From assembly GCA_028534125.1 (NCBI GenBank), contig CM052818.1, positions 43,960,001-44,024,000 of the forward strand: DNA of 64,000 nucleotides, written 5' to 3'. Of this stretch, positions 1 to 14,060 are shown one piece after another. Below the pieces are notes generated by a model. The model searched no databases and was not told the DNA's origin. It saw only the letters and a program-made list of their open reading frames with translations. This DNA is from Lama glama. Lineage: Eukaryota. A program made the position numbers and the translations under genes. The stretch's first letter is position 1, and every line of letters starts with the position of its first letter.

Positions 1-174
1 TCCATGTTCAGGGGAAGTGCTCACGGTAACAGCGTGGAGAACATTAGCCATAGGCCAGACACTATTTGGGGAACTTGATAGTAATGTTCACATTGTGACC
101 TTTAACTACCCTCCAGAGGGTAGGTACCGGTTTATATTGTATTATAATTAATATTTTATATTTTATTGTTTATA

Positions 175-290
175 TTATTTCAATTTTATCAAGGTGGAAA
201 CCAAGGCTCAGCGAGTTGAGTCAACTGCCCCAAAGTCACCCATCGTCTGGTCGTAGAGTTAGGATGTGAACCCAGACCAGGTAGCAGGGC
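175..290 (-). mobile_element. MIR SINE fragment
   Basis: ggaaaccaaggctcagcgagttgagtcaactgccccaaagtcac...ggatgtgaacccag resembles the reverse complement of the MIR core. Confidence 0.75.
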
Positions 291-2779
291 TTCTTAACGG
301 CACCCTTTCCATTTAGGGTTCTGTCATGGTTGTCTTGTGCTTTGTTTTGGTTCTTTTGATCACTTTATTTAAAAGAAAGCAAGAGGATGGAAACTTCATT
401 TAAGTGAAGATAAACTCTTGTTGAGAAAATACTCACTGTAGAAAGAGAGCTTGAAGAAACAGTGTTCTTACATAAAGTGGATTCAGTAACAGGCCTGTGG
501 ATACATGAAGTCATGCTTTGGGTTTCTTTGAGGCTCCCCAAAACATACATTTATTAATCAACCACCATTTACTGAATATAGCTGGACACTGGAAGTGTGC
601 TGGGAATAGACCAGTAGACAAGATAAATGCTACCTAAAGAGCTTACCAGTATGGAACTCCCAAAGGGGGCCACTGTATCGGCCCCATAGTGGAGCTCTTT
701 CTACCGTGTTTTAGAAACTGAAACCTCAAAAGCAACTTGCCTTGATTGTGCCGGGTAACCTAAGATCCTTGTCTGACAGCGCGAGGGTCACCCTCAGAAT
801 CACATGAGTGTCTGGCAGAAAGACGGGGAAAAGGTGACTAGTGTGGAAAAGAGAAGATGCTCAAATTGACGACCAGTACTGTTATCCGTCTTTAGTGGTC
901 ACAAGCAAGGGCGTCTTCTTAGAGCAAGGCTGTAAGACTATTGTCACTTCCATTCCAGAGATGAAGACATTGAGGCTCACAGATATAAAGTGATCTGTTG
1001 CTTGGTACAAAAATTTAAAGATTTAAATTTAAGATTTAAATGCAGGTATCCACCTGCAAACCCCTTGCCCTGTCTGGGTACCGAGTTGCCCTCCTGTTTC
1101 AAAACTCTTACTGAGATCACCTCCTTCTGAAATGCTTCCAGAGACCTTCATGGTGGAGGGAGACTTGTGAAAAATGTTTGAAAAGTTTGCTCGGGGAGGT
1201 CACATTTACACATCAGCACCCGTGGTGCCAGCGCCGGCAGCCGGCACAGACGAAGAAGGCTGCCGCGGACCACTTGTCTTCTCCACTGTTGCACAGAGCA
1301 TCATCTTGGGCTTTAGGGTGTTGATTTTTCACTTTCTGGAGAAGACCTGCTGCCTTGCCTTCTGGCAGACAGTCTCTCGATGAGGTGTGTCCTCTTCCAG
1401 GAAGTTCATGCTTCAGTTCAGAAGCAGAGTGCGTGGTGAGATACAGGATGACCCCCACCCTGGGTCGTCACAGCAGGAGCCTGGCTGCCCCTGGAGACCC
1501 CACACCAAGACTGTGGACCTGGCTGGGCTCCCTCTGGCCAGAATCAGTCACGTGATGTGCCGTTTAGACCTAGATCTGGGGGATCCCCTGGACTTGGCAC
1601 CTGTGACCCTGAAACCAAGGGGGTCTACGAGATGGCTTTGGTCCTGTGTCTCTTTTGGCAGAGGCTCACTGTCTGGGGCAACACACCAGGCACCTGTTTT
1701 CTGCTTTTGTACTGCAAGTAAATTCACTTCACCCAGAATTGTGTTCCTGAGGACAAAGGGAAATATGAGCTGTTATTTTTCCTTTAAAAATGGGGATTTT
1801 TTATTGTCTTTTTCTTGCTAGTGTTCACGAATATATATGCTGATATATACCTGGAAATATGCTGAGATGGAAAGGCTGGGAAAGCTGCAAAATTGTGTTT
1901 TATTCCATCACGTGAGCCAGAAAAATCCCTAGGGAAGCACCAAGAGAGTGGTGAGGAGGCACGCTTCATTCAGGGAGAGCCTGATTAGAGCATTTGAAGT
2001 TCATCACTCCATTCTTTCGCTAATGATTTCATACCAAATACATACCAAGAGAAGCCCTCTTCATGATTATGTTCCAAATAACGGGGTGATCCCCTCTTCC
2101 TGCTTCCTGCCTGGCCGCTGAGTTAGCCCAGCAGTGGGGCAGCAGCTTCAATTGGCAGGAATTCCCTACATACCCTCTGTGTTCCTGGCAAAGCGCGAAC
2201 TGCTATGGTCTGGTTAAGAAACATAGCCCACAGTCCCCATCAACAGGATGACATCTGGTTAGAATGGCGCGATGCGCTCTCATAAAGTCATTAAGCCAAC
2301 TCGAAGACACTGGGGGTCAAGACTCACTTCGTGTTTGCATTGATACTCTTGACACCTAGGAAGGAAACTAGACCCTAATAGACACTCAATGATTATTCCT
2401 TGAACAAATATACAGTGATTGAGAACTTAGCATGTGAATGTCATATGTAATACCATTTTCTACGAGTACACGATAACGCTCACATACGAGGTCCAATTAG
2501 AGTATAAGGCACTTAGACATAAGACACATAACCGTCCTCAGACTAGAATCTCTGTGGAGCGGTTCTCAGGGAATGGATGTCTGATTTGAATTTTGAAATG
2601 CTACAAAGTCTGTTCGCCTGGTACACTGTTCCATTTCAGATGGATTTATGGGCTCACTTGCCCCACTGGATGGTAATCTCCTGGGAGAGAAGAACCAATT
2701 GTGATTTATATATTTTGTTTCCAATAACACCTTTCAGAGGCAACACTATGAGTCAGCATGTTATATTAGAAAGAGCTGC

Positions 2780-2950
2780 CATTTGAATCCTACTCACTAC
2801 TTATTAGTTCTTTGAAAAATTTCATAAAAACACTTGGAACCTCAGTTTTTTCATCTAATATAAGAGATAATCTCTATCACCTTCTAGAGGTTATTTGTTA
2901 TGAGAATTAAATACTGTTAGTTTGGTAAAGTGTGCAGCATAGAGACTAAA
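2780..2950 (+). mobile_element. MIR SINE
   Basis: tttgaatcc...cctcagttttttcatctaatataagagataat...gttatgagaattaaat follows MIR order. Confidence 0.75.
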
Positions 2951-5029
2951 GTTATTGGCATGTGATAGATGACAACATCTCTTGTCCTTCATCTTTCTTG
3001 GTAAATAAGAGATGCTGGATGAATTAAAACCAAAGGAGAAGGGGATGGATGAATGGTGGCGACAGTCCTGAGGAATTCCACCTCCCACCCTTGTCCGGGA
3101 AAGGGCTCCCACACAGCAAAGCCTGCTAATGAATTAACATTTACCTTCCAATTTACCCGCAGAAAATGATGCGAGGAGGAGCCACAGTCCTCAATTTCAT
3201 CTCCTCTTAGAAAACTGATTGTGAAATGTTTGCTTCTAAGGGAAGGGTGGGAAGGGAATTGGATGGGCACTAAACTTTTTGCTCAACTTGAGAAAAAAAT
3301 TCCCAGACACTCTGTCAATGAATGATTTTTCGTAATGATGAAAGCTCTCCACTTTTAAGTGGAATAATATGGAGTTACTGACAAAGAGAGGTTAACAATG
3401 TTAATTAAATCCAAATCTAGATAGTCAATCAGATAGCGGTTATGTAAGCTTAATTATTTCACTATTTTTAGTTATCTCACGCTGACTCATGTCCTTTCAA
3501 ATCACAAACTCTTCTTGCCTGTCAAACTTTTCAATGCCTAGAGACATTTCTCGTTCGTCTGCCCTCTCTTGTCAAGCTCTTTGTGGTTTTTTTTTCTGTC
3601 TTCCAATTAAGCACTAACACTGATTCTTAGATAATTCATTCAAATACACAGGAACTCAGTAGTCTAGGAAAGGATTTTCATGACAAGGGAATTCAACGCT
3701 CATTTTCGTCTTTTCATCTTTGAACATAAGGATTTATCGGGTTTTCTTTGAAACTATGTGGCTTCACCAAGTGCTGGAGAGTTGGTGTCTGAACACGTGG
3801 GATGGAAGAGCTCATCACAGTAGTGAAAAATTCAGGGAAATTCAGATCTTGAAGCAATTTTAGAGATTCATTTTTGCAGCTGTGTCTTTTACAGGTTGAA
3901 GCCTGAGAGCCTTGGAGCAAAGGTTACTGGCCAGGCTCACGTAGGAGTCCCACTTCTCAGTCAGATGATCTTTTCTCACCTGTCTGCTGCTTTGGGTCTA
4001 CAGATTGGGTGAGGAGGATGTTCATTCCAAGAAGACAAGTTCAGGTGCGATGATGCTGTAATATTGAGCATCTTGCTTTGAGATCTTCTCTTCCCTTCCC
4101 CAGTTTTCCCTTCGTCCCTTTTCATTAGATCCCCTCTCTGGAGTAGTGTTTTGTCTAGGGCACAGACTTTAAAGCAAAGCTCAGAAGAGAAGAGTTCACA
4201 TGGAACCAAAATAGCAGCCGTGTTGAGAGCTGGCTTTATCTGCAGCCCTCCCGGAGCTGACAACTTAAAACTTTTCATAAAGATTTTTCACTCTCAAGAG
4301 GCCAACTGGCAAGACTTATTTAGAATGAAGATACTTCCATTTAAGTAGTTCAAAACAGAGTTGGCCTGAGAGAAGTGAAGAGTGTCACTCATCCACGTGT
4401 CACTGGCTATTGGCTGAGATTCCTTGAGTAGAAATTATCTAGAGAAATCCAAGCGGTAATGGACATGACTTTGGCTGTGAACTGCGAACCTTTACTAGGG
4501 GCATTTCTGAGTCAGACCAGAAAAAAAGCTGTTTAAATAAAACCAAACAAAAAAGATATTCAACTTAGTACTAATTTTTTCAATAATTCACATTCTTTTG
4601 TAAAGACAGATCCTGGTTTAGCACTTTTTATGATCATGGAATGAATAAGAGAGAACTTGAACTGAGCATCTGTCACATGCTGGGTTCTCTGTTAGCGCTT
4701 CTTGTGAACATAAATCCTTGTGTACCCTTTTGGGTAAATATTTTCTTTCACACTTTCTAGATGAAGAATTTGAGGTCCAGTGATGGTAACTATTTCAGAG
4801 TGAAGAACTTTGCTACGTACCTTGCTAAACTCATGTTCAAATTTAGAGCTGATCTTTCTCCAAAATTATCTGATGTCAGTGTTCTTTCCACCGAATGGAT
4901 TGCCTCTCTCAGAGTTCATCTCAGGACAAATCCTGTGCAGCTTTGAAATTTCGGCTCAGATGCTCCTTCCTCAAGAGAGACCCAGATACATATTTCGGCC
5001 ACTTACATGCCACTTAGCACAAGTATTCA

Positions 5030-5150
5030 CACATCATTCATTTATTCACTGTCCACAGAGTGTCTGCCTGTTCCAGGCACTGTGCTAGGTTCCAGAGATG
5101 AGTCAGAAATACTTTCTGTCTTCAAAGAGCTCAATGACTTCACCTAGATT
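5030..5150 (-). mobile_element. L2 3' end
   Basis: cattcatttattcac...tgttccaggcactgtgctagg...ttcaaagagctca, typical antisense L2 tail. Confidence 0.7.
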
Positions 5151-5189
5151 AGACCAAGTTTTAGTCATTTGTTCATTTATTCATTTGCT

Positions 5190-6010
5190 TATTGCTTATG
5201 GATGCCCAATTGTTTCAGCACCATTTATCTGCTAAAAAGTCTATCCTCCCTTCATTTGACTTGCTTTCATGTCTTTGTCAAAAATCAGTGCATTCTATTT
5301 GTGTGGGTCTAATTCTGTGTTCTCTGTCCTGTTCCAGTGACCTCTGTATCCACCCCTCCACCAATACTGCACCGCCTTGAATAGCGTTCCTCTATCATAA
5401 GTCTGACAACTGGGAGGAAAGATTCCTCCACTTCACCTTGTTCAAGACAGCTTTAAACATGCCAGGGCGTGTGCCCTTTCAGTGTAAATTATGGAGTAAG
5501 TTTGTCTATGCCTACAAAACCTTTGCTGGAATTTTGATAGAAATTGTGCTGAACTAACAGATCAGTTTGGGGGAAACTGGCGATTTTACTAAGTTGACTC
5601 TTTCAGCTCATTAACCCTGAGCTTTTCAAACCACTTTTTTAGGGCTTCTCTGATTCCTTTAATCAACAGTTTATAATTTTCAGCAGAGAGATCCTGCACT
5701 TGTTTTAAGAATATACTTCAGTATTCTATTTCCTTTGGACTAATTGTAAATGATAATTGTGTTTGCAATTTGGTTCCCACATTTTCCTTGTCAGTATATA
5801 TAAATTTTTTTCCTGTTGATTTTGTATCCTGTGACCTTGTTGAAATTAGTTTTAGTTCTAAAACTTCTTTTTTTTGTAGACTCCTTGAGATTTTCTACAT
5901 AGAAAATCATGTCACTTGCAAAAACAGAGTCTTATTTTTACTTTGCCAATCTGTATGCCTTTCATTTCTTCTTCTTGTCTTATTGCAGTGGTTAGACCTC
6001 CCAGTATCCC
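5190..6010 (-). mobile_element. Old L1 (L1MC-like) ORF2 segment, antisense
   Basis: caattgtttcagcaccattta, ctttgtcaaaaatcag, ctgggaattttgatagaaattg and ttttgtatcctgtgaccttg are antisense L1 ORF2 motifs. Confidence 0.85.
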
Positions 6011-6034
6011 CTTAAGTTAGATGTGCCCTTAAGC

Positions 6035-6765
6035 ACCTGATAACACCAAATGCTGGTGAGAATGTCGAGAAACTAGAGAAGACGTACATTGCTGGTGGGA
6101 ATGCAGAACGGTGCAGCTGCTCTGATAAAGAGCTTGGCAGTTCCTTAAAAAACTAAACGTGCCAGGGTCATAGGACCCAGAGATTGTTCACCAGGCATTC
6201 CTCCCAGAGAAATGAAAACTTATATTCACACAAAACCGGCATATGAATGCTCATAGCAGCTTCATTTTTAATAGCTAAAAACTGAAAAAAGCTCAGCTGT
6301 CCTTCAATAGGTGACTGATTATACAAACCGTGGTACATACATGTCGCAGTGTACTTGTCAGCAATGAAAAGATCTACTGATGGATGCAACAACTCGGATG
6401 GATCTATAGAGAATTATGTGGGGTAAAAAAAAAAAAGCAATTCCAAAGGTTATGTGCTGTATGATTCCATTCATGTTAGATTCTTGAAATGACTTTTTAG
6501 AATTAAGGAACAGATCGGTGAGCCAGGGGTTAAGAAGAGGATTGGGTGGAATGTGGGTGTGACTGTAAAGGGGTAGCAGGAGGGATCCTTGTGGTGCTGG
6601 AAATGTCCTGTATCTTGACTGTTCTGATGTGAATATCCTGGTACTGTAATACCATTGCAGAATTGTAAGTCACCGGGGATGTAGGCAAGGATTCAGGGGA
6701 TCTTACTGAATCGTTTTTTACAACTGCATGTGAATCTCCAATTATCTCAAATAAAAAGTTCAACT
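6035..6765 (+). mobile_element. L1MC1/2-like ORF2 end and 3'UTR
   Basis: gataacaccaaatgctggtgag...cccagagaaatgaaaacttatattcacacaaaa...ttacaactgcatgtgaatctccaattatctcaaataaaaagtt. Confidence 0.85.
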
Positions 6766-7515
6766 TAGAAAGTCCAGTGTATGAATGTGACATAAAACGT
6801 ACAATACACGTTGATAGTACTTTTTCCTATTATCACTATTACTAGTGCAATTAACATTGAAGAGAGCAGTTATGGAGAGAGTAAACATTAAGTAAAGAAT
6901 GAGAAAGAACTAAGAATACAGGTCCCATCGCCCAGATTTGGGATGACATTTTTGGTATGTGGTCGGAGGTGGAGCGGTCTGCTGGACTGGCCGTACCCTC
7001 CTGAGGATGCTCTGCACATTCCCAGTTTGTGGGGAAAGAGGCTGGTGGAAGGGAAGCTAAAGGTGCCCATCATTAACTAAGCCACATGAGGGATGCTAAG
7101 AAAGGCACCCCAGACATTTCCTTCTGAACTAGGAAGGGCAGGTGTGAAGTCACACAGGTTCACACGCCTTCAGTGGGAGAATCAGCTAGGTAGGGTCAAA
7201 TCACATGACGAAGGCCAGGAAGTGTGGACTTTTGGAGACAGCGAGGAATCACTGGGGATGTCATGCAGAGAGTGACCCAAGGAAACTACATTTCACACTG
7301 GCTATGCTGTGCAGAACAGAGAAAGGGCAGGGGTAGGGGCAGAGTAGGTCTGGGGCTGGGTCACAGGCCAGGTGTTGTGCTGAATCAGAGAAGAAATGAG
7401 GGGAGTCAGATGCAATGCAGGGGCAGGAAGTCCCTGTTTCAATGGAATAAGGTCAATTTTTTTTACAAGTGTTTGTAAATGAGCAAAGAAGAGAGCTGGT
7501 CTGTTTCAAGTTGGG

Positions 7516-7563
7516 GAGATTGTCTGGGTTTCTTACAATGAGATTGTATGGGTTTCTTACAAT
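7516..7563. repeat. 24-bp tandem duplication
   Basis: gagattgtctgggtttcttacaat then gagattgtatgggtttcttacaat (1 mismatch). Confidence 0.9.
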
Positions 7564-10094
7564 GTGGGAGGGGGGTTTCAAGAGGAATCCATTAAAAGGA
7601 AGATATTGGAAGAATTAGAAAGAGAAGTGGGTCCTTAATGACTGGGTGGGACCCAAAGTTAAGAGGCCAAGTGTATTTCACACAAAAGAGTGCTGTCTCT
7701 TATTTTGAGATGTAGACGGTACATAAACAGTGAAAGATAAACCAGAGAAAGTCTGAGACTTGGTGAGGTAGGCATCACATGAGCTTGAGACACCAAGACA
7801 ATTTTCCATTTCATCCATTCTTCTAATGACAGAATCAGCATCTTCAAAATTCTCCAGTCTGGGATGCTGGAATATTCTAGAATGGGATGCTCCATTCAGA
7901 GGAAGAAAAAAAAAATCACAAGAGAAAATGGCTCCCACCAGACTAGGACAATTCATTTTTCTTTTATTAAAAATTAATTTACCATTTGTGACATTAAGAA
8001 AATCAATGCAGTTTCTCATGTTTACATAGCATTTGCTTAGCTGAGTAAGTCTCCTGGGAGCTCATTTCTTCCTGCTGGATTTGACAGGAGACATCATTAA
8101 TTCAGAAAAGCCTCTCTCTTTACCTGTCTGATCTCATCCAATTCATAAACTCGTACAACACTGAACCCAGAACTCAAGTTTCACTGCCTCCTTTAAGGGA
8201 GGAAGAAAATGTAGATTAAGATAGAAGGGCTACCAAATGAGCCCATGAGGCTAGGATCTAAATTTCCTGGCTATTATTCTGATTCTCTTTTATGATTCTT
8301 TGAATCAGCAAAATGGTTTGGTCAATGGCTCCATTTAATACAGCTCCACCCAGATCATGGTTTCTGGGCTCTGGACAATGAAGAAATTTGAACTAATGGG
8401 ATTAGAGGTGTGAGAGGTCAAGGTCCAAGTGAGAGAAATGGGGTAGTGTTGTTAAATCGGAAAAGCCACCTGGGGGGTGTCGTTGGGGAAAATGAGGTGA
8501 GGTCAGTAGGGAGGGAGGTAGAGGATGGCAAAGAATGGGATAAACAAACACGCGTGGCGATTCCAAGTGGCTTGTGTGCTCCAGCATCTTTTTTTCAATT
8601 TTTTTTTAATCTACATGGTAGTTCAAGCAGACATGAGTCTACATATTACGTGCCTACAGTTTGCCAAGTCTGTGAAAGGTGGAAAGGAATAGAAAGCTTA
8701 ATTCCATAAGGCATTAAATCCTTGACTCTCTGGTTCTGATATCCTGTTATTTGCTGCATTGGGGCTAATTTGAATCAATCTTGAGTACTCTGGGCAAACG
8801 GGGCTGGACTGAACTCTGCCACAAATTCACCAGGTGACCTGAGGTATTTCCTTTCTCCTCTCTTGGCAAAGGAAATGAAGGTATTAAACTGGTCCCTGGG
8901 GACCTATTCATCTCTGGAATGCTGTCCTTGTTTCTGGGCAGGATGGCCAAGCTAATCAGAGCTGATGAATGCCAAGAACCCCAGTCCCCAAATATTCCAG
9001 CCCCCACTGGGGTGATCCAGGTGCCACAAAAGGGCTCCCTCTTCTCCCACATTTATATTTTTCTGGGAGATGCAGAGAGCTGGCAGCATTCCTTCCCTAG
9101 CTGCTACCAAGACACGTTTTCCTTCCCTAGACTCAGAATTCTCAGCGCCAGCTTCCTGAGCAGGGATGAGAAGCAGGCGTGGCAAGTGTCAGGCAGAAGG
9201 AGGGACTGGTCCCTGCTCTTTGCCCCCCTCCCATTTGCACAGTATGCTCTCGTCTTGACATCATGCTATCGTGAGTGACCTCTGAGGTCTCATCATGAGG
9301 GAACAATTACATAATCGGAGCAGTTATGCAGAAGGAAATAAAAACAAAAGGAGATGGGCCTGGAGCCCAGAACACAGAGGAAGTAGTGAGCAGGCCAGAG
9401 AGATCCCACGCGTCACGTCGGGGCCCCAGCATCCACAGGGCAACGTTTATATTTTTAGGAAACTTTCCAGCTTATGCGAACATGGTCTTCTGTCATACCC
9501 TCTGGCCTTACTCCAAGACTACAAATACAATGATTTTGACTTTTTCTGCCACACGTCTGTCATTTATATTGCAAAATTTTATCATTTTCAAGTGTCCAGG
9601 TCCTTATACAAGATAGATTTCAGACTACTTAACATAACTGAAGAAAGACTCAAAAAAAAAAAAGAGATTTGGGGGGAAAATTAAATTTAAATGAAATAAA
9701 AGAGATTTAGTTATACATTCCCCTCGCAATGAGGCATCTAGAAATGAATTCTGTCCCAGGATATTGGCAGGGTGATTCTGGTCCAGTTGCTTTCTCTCTC
9801 TGGACTTCAACTCCCAAACTAATGAATTAATTTCATCTGTCATTTGTTCATTCAACTTCTGTGGAATGTCACTCATATCCCAGATGCTGGGAAAATAAAG
9901 TAAAGAAAGCCATTGCCTCCAAAGGCAAATAATGATCTTCAATTATTGCATAATTAGGCGTTGACTGCAAGCTTTGCGAGTCTTTTCTCTAACTCATGCA
10001 ATCGAAACATGGTGGTGTTATAATGTGATTTTTAGGTCCATGTGTCATCAACAGACACTGACTACTGTGAAAAGAAGAGAGACTTTGTCTCCTG

Positions 10095-10260
10095 GAGGGC
10101 CTGGGATAGGCCTTGGCTCTGACCTCTACCAGCAGTGTGACCTTGGACATGCCTCAGGGGTTCTACTCTGATTCCTCCTCTGTCAACTGTTGACAACACC
10201 TGCCCACCTTACAGGGTGGACACCAGTGGCTATGTGTGCATGACAGCACTTTGTTAGCTG
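10095..10260 (+). mobile_element. MIR SINE
   Basis: ccttggctctgacctctaccagcagtgtgaccttggaca...ttcctcctctgtcaa...cccaccttacagggt. Confidence 0.7.
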
Positions 10261-11138
10261 CAGGGTGATGACAAATCTCATGGGGTGTTTACGTAGGAAA
10301 AACCTGCCCAGGGTAGAGGACAAACTGATATCTAAAAAACTAGTCTCTCCTTGATTATTAAAGTTCAGGATGGACCTCGATTTTGTATCTAGTTAAATCT
10401 TTTGTTGAATGGTATTTTTCAAGTTTTGATTGGACTTGGTATTAACCAGTAACTTTGGGCAAGGCAAAATAAGCAAGATTCAGGCTCTAGGTATTTGCCA
10501 GAAGTGTCCTGAAAAGTAGTTCTTGGGAATTTTGTTGGAAGAGCATTCTAGAAATAATTGATTCCAGCCACAATATTTTCTGTTGAAGAAAATGAAGTCC
10601 CCTGAGAGTTAATGATTCTCTCTGGATCACATAAGTATCTGACCCATCTGGCAACTCCCAAACCTTTTGGTTTCCAGTTCAATGTGTTTGATTATTCTGT
10701 TTCCTTATTGCATCGCTTTTCTATTTGTTACTCTGGACCAGAACTGGAGATGGATCATCCAACTGCTGTGCTCCTCCAAATAACTCTCTGTCTGTGTTTA
10801 TATCTCTTAATTCTAGCCTCTGAAACGCCAAGTTAGGACATCGGCTTTGTTACTGGATTTATTGGAGAGACTGGATTATGTTGGATGGGAGATGGTGAGA
10901 GGGATGTTCATGATGAACCTTCCAACATTCTTGAGTAATAAGAATTTAACCCAAGTCCGAGACTTCATGGATGACTCAAGGATGATCGTTTAACAGGAGG
11001 AACAAGCAAGCATTTGTGTCTTCATGTGAAGGGAGCCCACGTCTGCATCACAGCTTCACTCTGCTTTCTAAACTTAGGTAAGTTACTTGACTTTTTTTTG
11101 AGGTTTCTTGCTCAAAAATGTCCACAGAGGAAGGATGG

Positions 11139-11569
11139 TTTATTAGTTTTCTTAACCTGTTATAACAAATCATCACCAATTTGGTGGATTAATGCAAAAA
11201 AAAAATTATTAAGAAGTCTGAACTTCAGTGGGGACGTTCTCCCTCTGGCAGCTCCAGGGAAGAATTTCCTGCCTCTTTTAGCTTCTCACGGCTTCCCTGG
11301 CATTCCCAGGCTTGTGGCCACAACCCTCCACTCTGTATCTCCATCCTCACATCACCTTTTCCTCTGTATGTCTGTCTCTGTGTGTCTGTCTAGAGGGACA
11401 TTTTCATTGGCTTTAAGACCCACCAGATAATCCAAGATGATCTCATCTCAAGATCCTTGATGAAATTACTTCCGCAAAGACTCTTTTTCCAAATCAGGTG
11501 ACATTCACGGCTTCTGGGGATTTGGATGTGAGCATAAATTTTCACAGACCCACCATTTAACCCACTGCA
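11139..11569 (-). mobile_element. MLT1B-like MaLR solo LTR inserted in a MIR
   Basis: tattagttttc...gataatccaagatgatctcatctcaagatcctt...aagactctttttccaaatcaggtgacattcac...ttaacccactgca; MIR halves on both sides. Confidence 0.85.
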
Positions 11570-13829
11570 GAAAATGTGAAGATTAAACACGTGAGCCTTG
11601 TGTCTGGCATACGGAGACACTGCTCCCCAAATGGTGGTGGTCTCCACACCCAGCATTTAGCGAAAATCTAGTTGCCTATTTTTCTTTGAAAATGGAAAGT
11701 GATTTTCTGCCTAGATAACTCAGTTAACAAAGCAGCTGCCATTCATTGAGCAACTGCCGTGAAGCTGGAAGTCTGTAAGTGATGCATGACTTAATGCTCC
11801 CAACTGTAAAACTGGAAATGGAGACTCAGCGAGGCTGCATCCTCTGTGTGGGCTCCATCCAAGTGGCAGAGTCTGGAGTCCCTTCCAGGCTGGCCTGCCC
11901 ACTGCCTGCATTGTGCCAGCCTGTCTCTGCCACTTGGGAAAGGAACTGGCTGAACAGACTTGATGTTCAGCTGATTCGGGCCCGTCAAAAAGTATTCCTT
12001 CCTGAACGTAACAAGTGAGACTCCACTGCCTGCCTTTTCATTCCAATTTCTAGGTCACCACATCCTAGAGGGGCATAAGTCCTCTGCAAGTATTCTGAAT
12101 TTTTTTCCTGAACCGGCGATGTGTCTTCTCTTTCTGAGAGTCATCTGTGTATGCAATATGATTGGACTAGCAATCAAATTCTCAATAAAAAAGCTTTCTG
12201 AAAGGGTGCACACCATGAATTATGGAATCCTGGCTGTCGCTTGCCTCATCTTATTTAAAAACATGGAGCACCATGATTAAACAAGTCTTCCCTGAGCATC
12301 TGGGCTTTTCAGAAGAGCACTCCATTGAGATTTACTGAAGTGTTGGGAGAAAGTTCTATTAAAACAGTAGACTGTGGAATCTGCAGGTCAGTGAACTGAG
12401 CTGATGGGAAAAAAAATTCAGATGTCTGTGGGTTCCAAGGCTGGGGATAATTTTTGTATCTGATGATTCTTCTCTGCTTTGGTTTGCCTCCTTCTCATTC
12501 TCTCAGTGGGGCCTTATGTGTGTAAGGGAAGTAATTGTAAAGACAGGAGGGGAACGCTGCTTTAGGTTAAAAGTCCATCTTCCTGGAGTCTTCTTGGCCT
12601 GAATTAGGGATAGCCACCTCAGAATGAGTCAGGAGTAGGTCTGCATTGGTCAATGGGATTCGGGATGAATCTGTGTGAATCTGAGCACTGTACGCTACTT
12701 CTGTAGCAGCATTGATGAAAGAAGCATAGTCAGAGAGAGAAAAGGTACCAGGACTGGGTGGTAACTGGACACCAAGTTATAGGAGATACTGTTGAAGAGA
12801 ATGATGGTGGACCTCCAATATCCAAGTTCAGGAATCTGAAAGAATAGACAGTCTTCTAAATCTCAGGGGATAAAATGAGGACCAGAGTATGTGAAAGATG
12901 CAGTAAGACCACAAACGGTGAGCGTCAGCATTTAGCCTGGTGCCCACTGGTGGAGTTACTTCCATCTCTTTGAGCTGAGTTTTATTCTTTAAGATGAGGA
13001 TAATGGTACTGACTTCCCAATGCTATGGTGAAGATTAAGATTCAATGAGATCAAACACTTTTTGACCCAAAGTTGGTCTCAACAAGAGCACAGTGAGTGG
13101 AGCCAAAGAGGACAATTAGGATAAAAACAAAAGCAGACGTGTCCAGTGTAAGAGCTGGGCAGTCAGAACACTTCACGAGGGGCAAAGGGCTGAGACCAGT
13201 GGCACCACTAAGTAATGTATGTGTGTGATGATGACTCCATGTCATTCAGAAAATGTGATAATATGGTATTTTTTTTTTTTTGGCAAAAAGTGAGATATGT
13301 GGAATTCATCGGGGAGTGCTCTAAAAAAGCTGGTTTTTTTTTTATTTTTTGTGTGTTTCATTTATTCTTTTATTCATGCTTTATCCCTGAATAGGATAAA
13401 AATCAATTTTTAGGAAATTTTCCTAAGGGTAATGACTCCTTCCCCAAATGAAGAGCAAAACCTTAATTCTTCAATTGATTGGTGTTCATGTTGCTTTTAT
13501 GAGGCCAAGCACTACTCCCATTTGGATGAATAATTTTTGTTTCCTGAGTATGAAATTAGAGGAATATAATGTTAGTTCTCAATTAACATCAATTACAAAG
13601 CCATGTCAGTTTCCCATCAAGGTCAAGGTTAACATGGCAGCCAGGATTCTTGATGATTCTACCTCCCCAGACTCAACTCTTCTTTCTGCTTAGACCCAGC
13701 ACACCAGAGATGCTGGCAGCTTCTCAGTTCTCCTCAGTGGCTCTGGGATGATTTCCTGACTCTGCCAAGCTTAGTTCCTTCTTTTCTGCTCTGCCCACTT
13801 CTATTACAGCACAAATGAAATAACAGTCA

Positions 13830-14060
13830 TTCTCTTTCACTCAGCGCCCAGGGTGTAGCAGACAGATTCTGCATATATTGACTCATGAAATTCTTTCAAA
13901 ACCTTTGAGCAGAAGACATTATTATTTTCGTTTTACAGATTTAAAACTTCCAGGGCTTCGAAAGCTTGCGGATAATCACTCAGTTAATGGAAGGCAGAGC
14001 CTGAATTTGAGCGGAAGTTTGTCTGGATCCAAAGTTGGTTTTCTCTGCTTTCACATGATA
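13830..14060 (-). mobile_element. MIR SINE
   Basis: attattttcgttttacagat...ggaaggcagagcctgaatttga...gtctggatccaaag. Confidence 0.7.
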
